This document shows, piece after piece, positions 60,716 to 64,000 of a stretch of DNA of 64,000 bases. The DNA is from Candidatus Marinacidobacterales bacterium. GTDB taxonomy: Bacteria; Acidobacteriota; Vicinamibacteria; Marinacidobacterales; DATDRI01. Each line of letters starts with the position of its first letter. The stretch's first letter is position 1. The DNA is taken from assembly GCA_965226495.1 (NCBI GenBank), contig OZ245365.1, forward strand, positions 96,001 to 160,000, in the 5' to 3' direction. The position numbers and the translations under genes were made by a program. The notes under the pieces were generated by a model that saw only the letters and a list, made by a program, of their open reading frames with translations, was not told the DNA's origin and made no database searches.

Positions 60716-62047
60716 GTGGTACTGTTTAACTACTCCCTCAAAGAGCTGACGGCCAAGATCGTCTACTACGGTCCTGGCCTGAGCGGTAAGACCACCAATC
60801 TGCAGTATATTTATGACGAGCTGCCCCTCAAGAACAAAGGGCGGTTGCTCACGCTTGCCACCGAGACCGATCGCACCCTCTACTTCGATTTCCTTCCGCT
60901 CGAAGCTGGGATGTTACGGGGAATCAAGACCCGTGTCCAGCTCTACACCGTGCCCGGCCAGGTCTTTTACAACACGACGCGCCGGATGGTGCTGAAGGGC
61001 GCCGACGGTGTTGTCTTCGTGGCCGACTCCCAACCCACTATGTTGGAGGCCAATCAGGAAAGCTTCGCCAACCTCCGAGAGAATCTCTTGGCTCACGACC
61101 TGCGTGTCGAAGAGATCCCGTTGGTGATGCAATACAACAAACGCGATCTCCCCGACGTCATGAGTGTCGAGGAGATGAGCGACAAGATCAACAAGTTCAA
61201 CGTCCCTTTTTACGAGACGGTAGCTACCGATGGGATAGGAGTCGAAGACACGCTGAAGGCGATCAGTGGCCTTGTCTTGAGGTCGGTGATGGAGAAATAC
61301 GCTGCGAAACCCGGAAAGGCTCTGCCGGCACCACAGCCTGCTGCTTCGGTCGCGGTCGGTGGTGGAGGATCTCCACCAGATAACCGATGGCAGGCAAAGG
61401 AATCGACCGACCCCTTCGCGACCGAGGGAGGAGCCGCCAATGCCGGCGCCGATTCGGACTCGCGTGCCGTGGACCCCTTTACCGGAGAGCAAAAGGGCGA
61501 ATTGTCGGGAGATTTTCGGCGAAAGGCGATCACCCAGCCCTCGACACACGGGTCGGATAGCGGGTCACCGGCAGAGGCTTTCAAGGAGCTCGACATCGAT
61601 GAAGTGCTCGAAGGAGCGCTGTCCGGCGAGCAAGATGAGGCGTCCCAATCCAAGAAGACTTCTTTGGGCGGGGCGTGGAGGCGCAGGAAAGATCAGAATC
61701 GATTGCAGAAAACGGTGCCCGGGTCAGACAATGAGATCGACATGTTGGTGGACGAGCTCGGCACGGCCGACTCCGCATCGCATAGCGATGCCATCACCGC
61801 TCAGGGTGGCGCCAGTGACCCCGACGTAGGTTTTCAAGAATTGGATCTGGAGGGGCAGCCCTTCGTCGACGTGTCCGAACCTGGGTCAAACACCTCTTCG
61901 GTCGAGCTTCAGATCGAGGCGAGGCCCGATTCGGAAGGCAGGCCGCAGCGAGTCGTCATCCCGGTTCGGCTCTCTATCGATCCCGATGCGGAAGAAGTAG
62001 AGTTCGAACTCACCCTTCATATTCGGATCGAGCGTAAGCCTCTTTGA
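60716..62047 (+). CDS. MglA-like small GTPase with long acidic C-terminal extension
   Basis: KIVYYGPGLSGKTTN, TETDRT, TVPGQ, NKRD. Confidence 0.88.
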   Translation: MVLFNYSLKELTAKIVYYGPGLSGKTTNLQYIYDELPLKNKGRLLTLATETDRTLYFDFLPLEAGMLRGIKTRVQLYTVPGQVFYNTTRRMVLKGADGVVFVADSQPTMLEANQESFANLRENLLAHDLRVEEIPLVMQYNKRDLPDVMSVEEMSDKINKFNVPFYETVATDGIGVEDTLKAISGLVLRSVMEKYAAKPGKALPAPQPAASVAVGGGGSPPDNRWQAKESTDPFATEGGAANAGADSDSRAVDPFTGEQKGELSGDFRRKAITQPSTHGSDSGSPAEAFKELDIDEVLEGALSGEQDEASQSKKTSLGGAWRRRKDQNRLQKTVPGSDNEIDMLVDELGTADSASHSDAITAQGGASDPDVGFQELDLEGQPFVDVSEPGSNTSSVELQIEARPDSEGRPQRVVIPVRLSIDPDAEEVEFELTLHIRIERKPL

Positions 62048-62874
62048 TTCGAGTTCGCGCTAGTTGCAGACTTCCTAGGCGCCAAAACACCACGTTGCAC
62101 TATCAAGTCAGGCCGGCTGATCCTCCTGGGCGTCCAGTGGGCGTTGGGCGCCACAATCGAACGCGGCAGGACGCCTCTCTCGCGGCGAACTTTCTTTAGT
62201 GAGTACCCGTCTTGGCCGATGTAGAGCTCGAATGCCTGATCCGAACTGGGTAGAGTGAACACCGCGCTTCCGTAGACGGCTTCCACGAACGGGAGCTCCT
62301 GCCCGTACTCGTGCAGCCACAACCAAAGCGTATCGGTGCCCCCGTTGAGCTCGTAATCGGAGTCCGAGTTTGCGCTCTGGTCGGGACCCCGTGCATGGCT
62401 CGAAATGCGAGTCACCTTTTGACTGGGGTGAATGCCGAGGAGAGAAAGCTTAGGGTCCCACTTCAGTATGTCACCACCCACTTCCCACATATCTCCGTTC
62501 AGGAGATAGTGAGCGGGCTCTCCATCCTGTCCGTCTTCGTGCGGGGTGTAGCGCAACAGCATCTGGTAATCAGGATTGTCGGTGATTCGTTCGCATTCGA
62601 TGCGAGCCACGAGCGCTTGATCGGTGAATACACCGTAGGTTCTGAGCGAGGTAGACAAGAAGGCGGCGGCTCCTGCCAAAGCGAGGAAGGCAACCGAAAG
62701 GACGAGGGCGAAAAGGCTGCGCAGTGGTTTCAGGCTGGCTACGGTTCGGTTCTTCGCGAAGTCCAACAGCCAGCTTCCTAGTAGAGCCAGAAAACCGAAC
62801 CCAACCACCGCGAGCACCATCGCCAGCAGGGCCAGCCTTCCACCCAGAGGCGAAAAGAGCTCATCCAGGTTCAT
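62017..62874 (-). CDS. Hypothetical membrane protein
   Basis: Two N-terminal TM helices, YLLNGDMW...ILKW, VEAVYGSAVF; TAGAAT 6 nt before the ATG. Confidence 0.65.
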   Translation of the reverse strand: MNLDELFSPLGGRLALLAMVLAVVGFGFLALLGSWLLDFAKNRTVASLKPLRSLFALVLSVAFLALAGAAAFLSTSLRTYGVFTDQALVARIECERITDNPDYQMLLRYTPHEDGQDGEPAHYLLNGDMWEVGGDILKWDPKLSLLGIHPSQKVTRISSHARGPDQSANSDSDYELNGGTDTLWLWLHEYGQELPFVEAVYGSAVFTLPSSDQAFELYIGQDGYSLKKVRRERGVLPRSIVAPNAHWTPRRISRPDLIVQRGVLAPRKSATSANSNQRGLRSIRI

Positions 62875-63047
62875 CCGAATATTCTAACGCAGATCGCTCG
62901 TGAGGTCGGTGTGGTTGATCACCGGGAACCTGTATCAGTGGGTCGTTGCCTAAGCTCGGGCCGAGATTTAGGTGACGAATTACTGATACAGGGCACTAGC
63001 GATATACTTGGGTCCGAGACATAGATACCGACGCATCGAGTGGCAAG

Positions 63048-64000
63048 ATGGAAAAGCAAGGAGTTCTCATTGTGGACGACGAGTCGGGCTCGCGCCGCGG
63101 CTTGGCAGAGCTCATCGTGGGTTGGGGCTATTCGGCGGAGACCGCCGCCGACGGTGCAGAGGCACTCGAGAAAGTCGCAAGCTTCCGGCCTCAAGTCGTT
63201 ATTGCGGATCTCGTCATGCCCCGCATGAATGGAATGGAGCTTCTCCGTGCGCTCTCCGGGAGTCTCGGCTATTTATCTTTTGTCATGCTCACCGCGAAGG
63301 GCACCATCGCCAGTGCAGTCGAGGCGATGAAGCAGGGGGCCTTCGACTATTTGACGAAACCGGTCGACACCGGTCGGCTGAAGGCGGTGCTCGAAAGAGC
63401 CACCGGACGATCGGTGATACTGGCGGAGCTGGAGCGTTATCAAAGTGCACTCGAATCGACCGGTCGTTTCGGAAAGATGGTGGGGAAGAGTGCTCCGATG
63501 CGTCGGCTCTACGACCAGCTCATGCAAGCGGGCCCGTCGTCCGCTTCGGTACTGTTGGTGGGCGAGTCCGGTACCGGCAAGGAGCTTGTGGCGACAACTC
63601 TTCACGAGCTTTCCCCCCGGAACAAAGGGCCGTTCGTCCCGATCAATTGTTCGGCTATTCCCGAAGCCCTACTCGAAAGTGAAATATTCGGACACGAGAA
63701 AGGTGCCTTCACGGGCGCGGAAGGACGTCGTGAGGGCTGTTTCGAGCTCGCTCATAACGGCACTCTCTTCCTAGACGAGGTCGTGGAGATGGCTCCAGCA
63801 ACGCAGGTGAAGTTGTTGCGAGTACTCGAAGAGCGATCGTTTAGGCGGTTGGGGGGCAAGGAAGAGATCCAGGTCGATGTAAGGGTGCTTGCGGCGACCA
63901 ACCGAAATCCCGAGTCGGCGTTGAAAGAGGGGAAGCTACGAGAAGATCTCTACTATCGCCTCAACGTCTTTCGACTGTATCTGCCGCCTCTGCGCGAGCG
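63048..64000 (+). CDS. sigma-54-dependent response regulator, NtrC/AtoC family (truncated by the window end)
   Basis: Not in the ORF track. Manual translation gives VLIVDDE, DLVMP, GESGTGKE, GHEKGAFTGA, FLDE, DLYYRLNV. Confidence 0.93.
   Translation, partial: MEKQGVLIVDDESGSRRGLAELIVGWGYSAETAADGAEALEKVASFRPQVVIADLVMPRMNGMELLRALSGSLGYLSFVMLTAKGTIASAVEAMKQGAFDYLTKPVDTGRLKAVLERATGRSVILAELERYQSALESTGRFGKMVGKSAPMRRLYDQLMQAGPSSASVLLVGESGTGKELVATTLHELSPRNKGPFVPINCSAIPEALLESEIFGHEKGAFTGAEGRREGCFELAHNGTLFLDEVVEMAPATQVKLLRVLEERSFRRLGGKEEIQVDVRVLAATNRNPESALKEGKLREDLYYRLNVFRLYLPPLRE

Overview
GC-rich bacterial chromosomal window, most likely Acidobacteriota (Acidobacterial-type VWA gene, split atp operon, aldolase/BMC locus). 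It is mostly housekeeping: PPi-type pfk, mutS2-dnaG-rpoD-tRNA(CAT), dinB, proC, a Gld-like ABC system, cca, dgt, mtnA, tsaD, moaB/E/D, MrfAB-like repair pair, MglA-like GTPase and an NtrC-type regulator. The strongest leads are: (1) a stand-alone nuoL-nuoM pair placed in front of the F0 ATP synthase genes, where NuoL carries a 26-aa duplication in its transverse helix, as in '2M' complex I; (2) an unannotated ~120-nt sigma-54-driven sRNA candidate with an anti-SD seed and its own terminator, divergent from a sigma-54-driven orphan PilW-like gene; (3) a minimal bacterial microcompartment locus (aldolase with encapsulation peptide, 1 BMC-H, 3 BMC-P, small Cys-rich EP protein). Also seen: a catalytically degenerate AcpS homologue, four disrupted genes, REP-like hairpins, 10-11 bp tandem repeats at gene boundaries and several leaderless promoters. 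All calls come from reading motifs by eye; no database searches were run.
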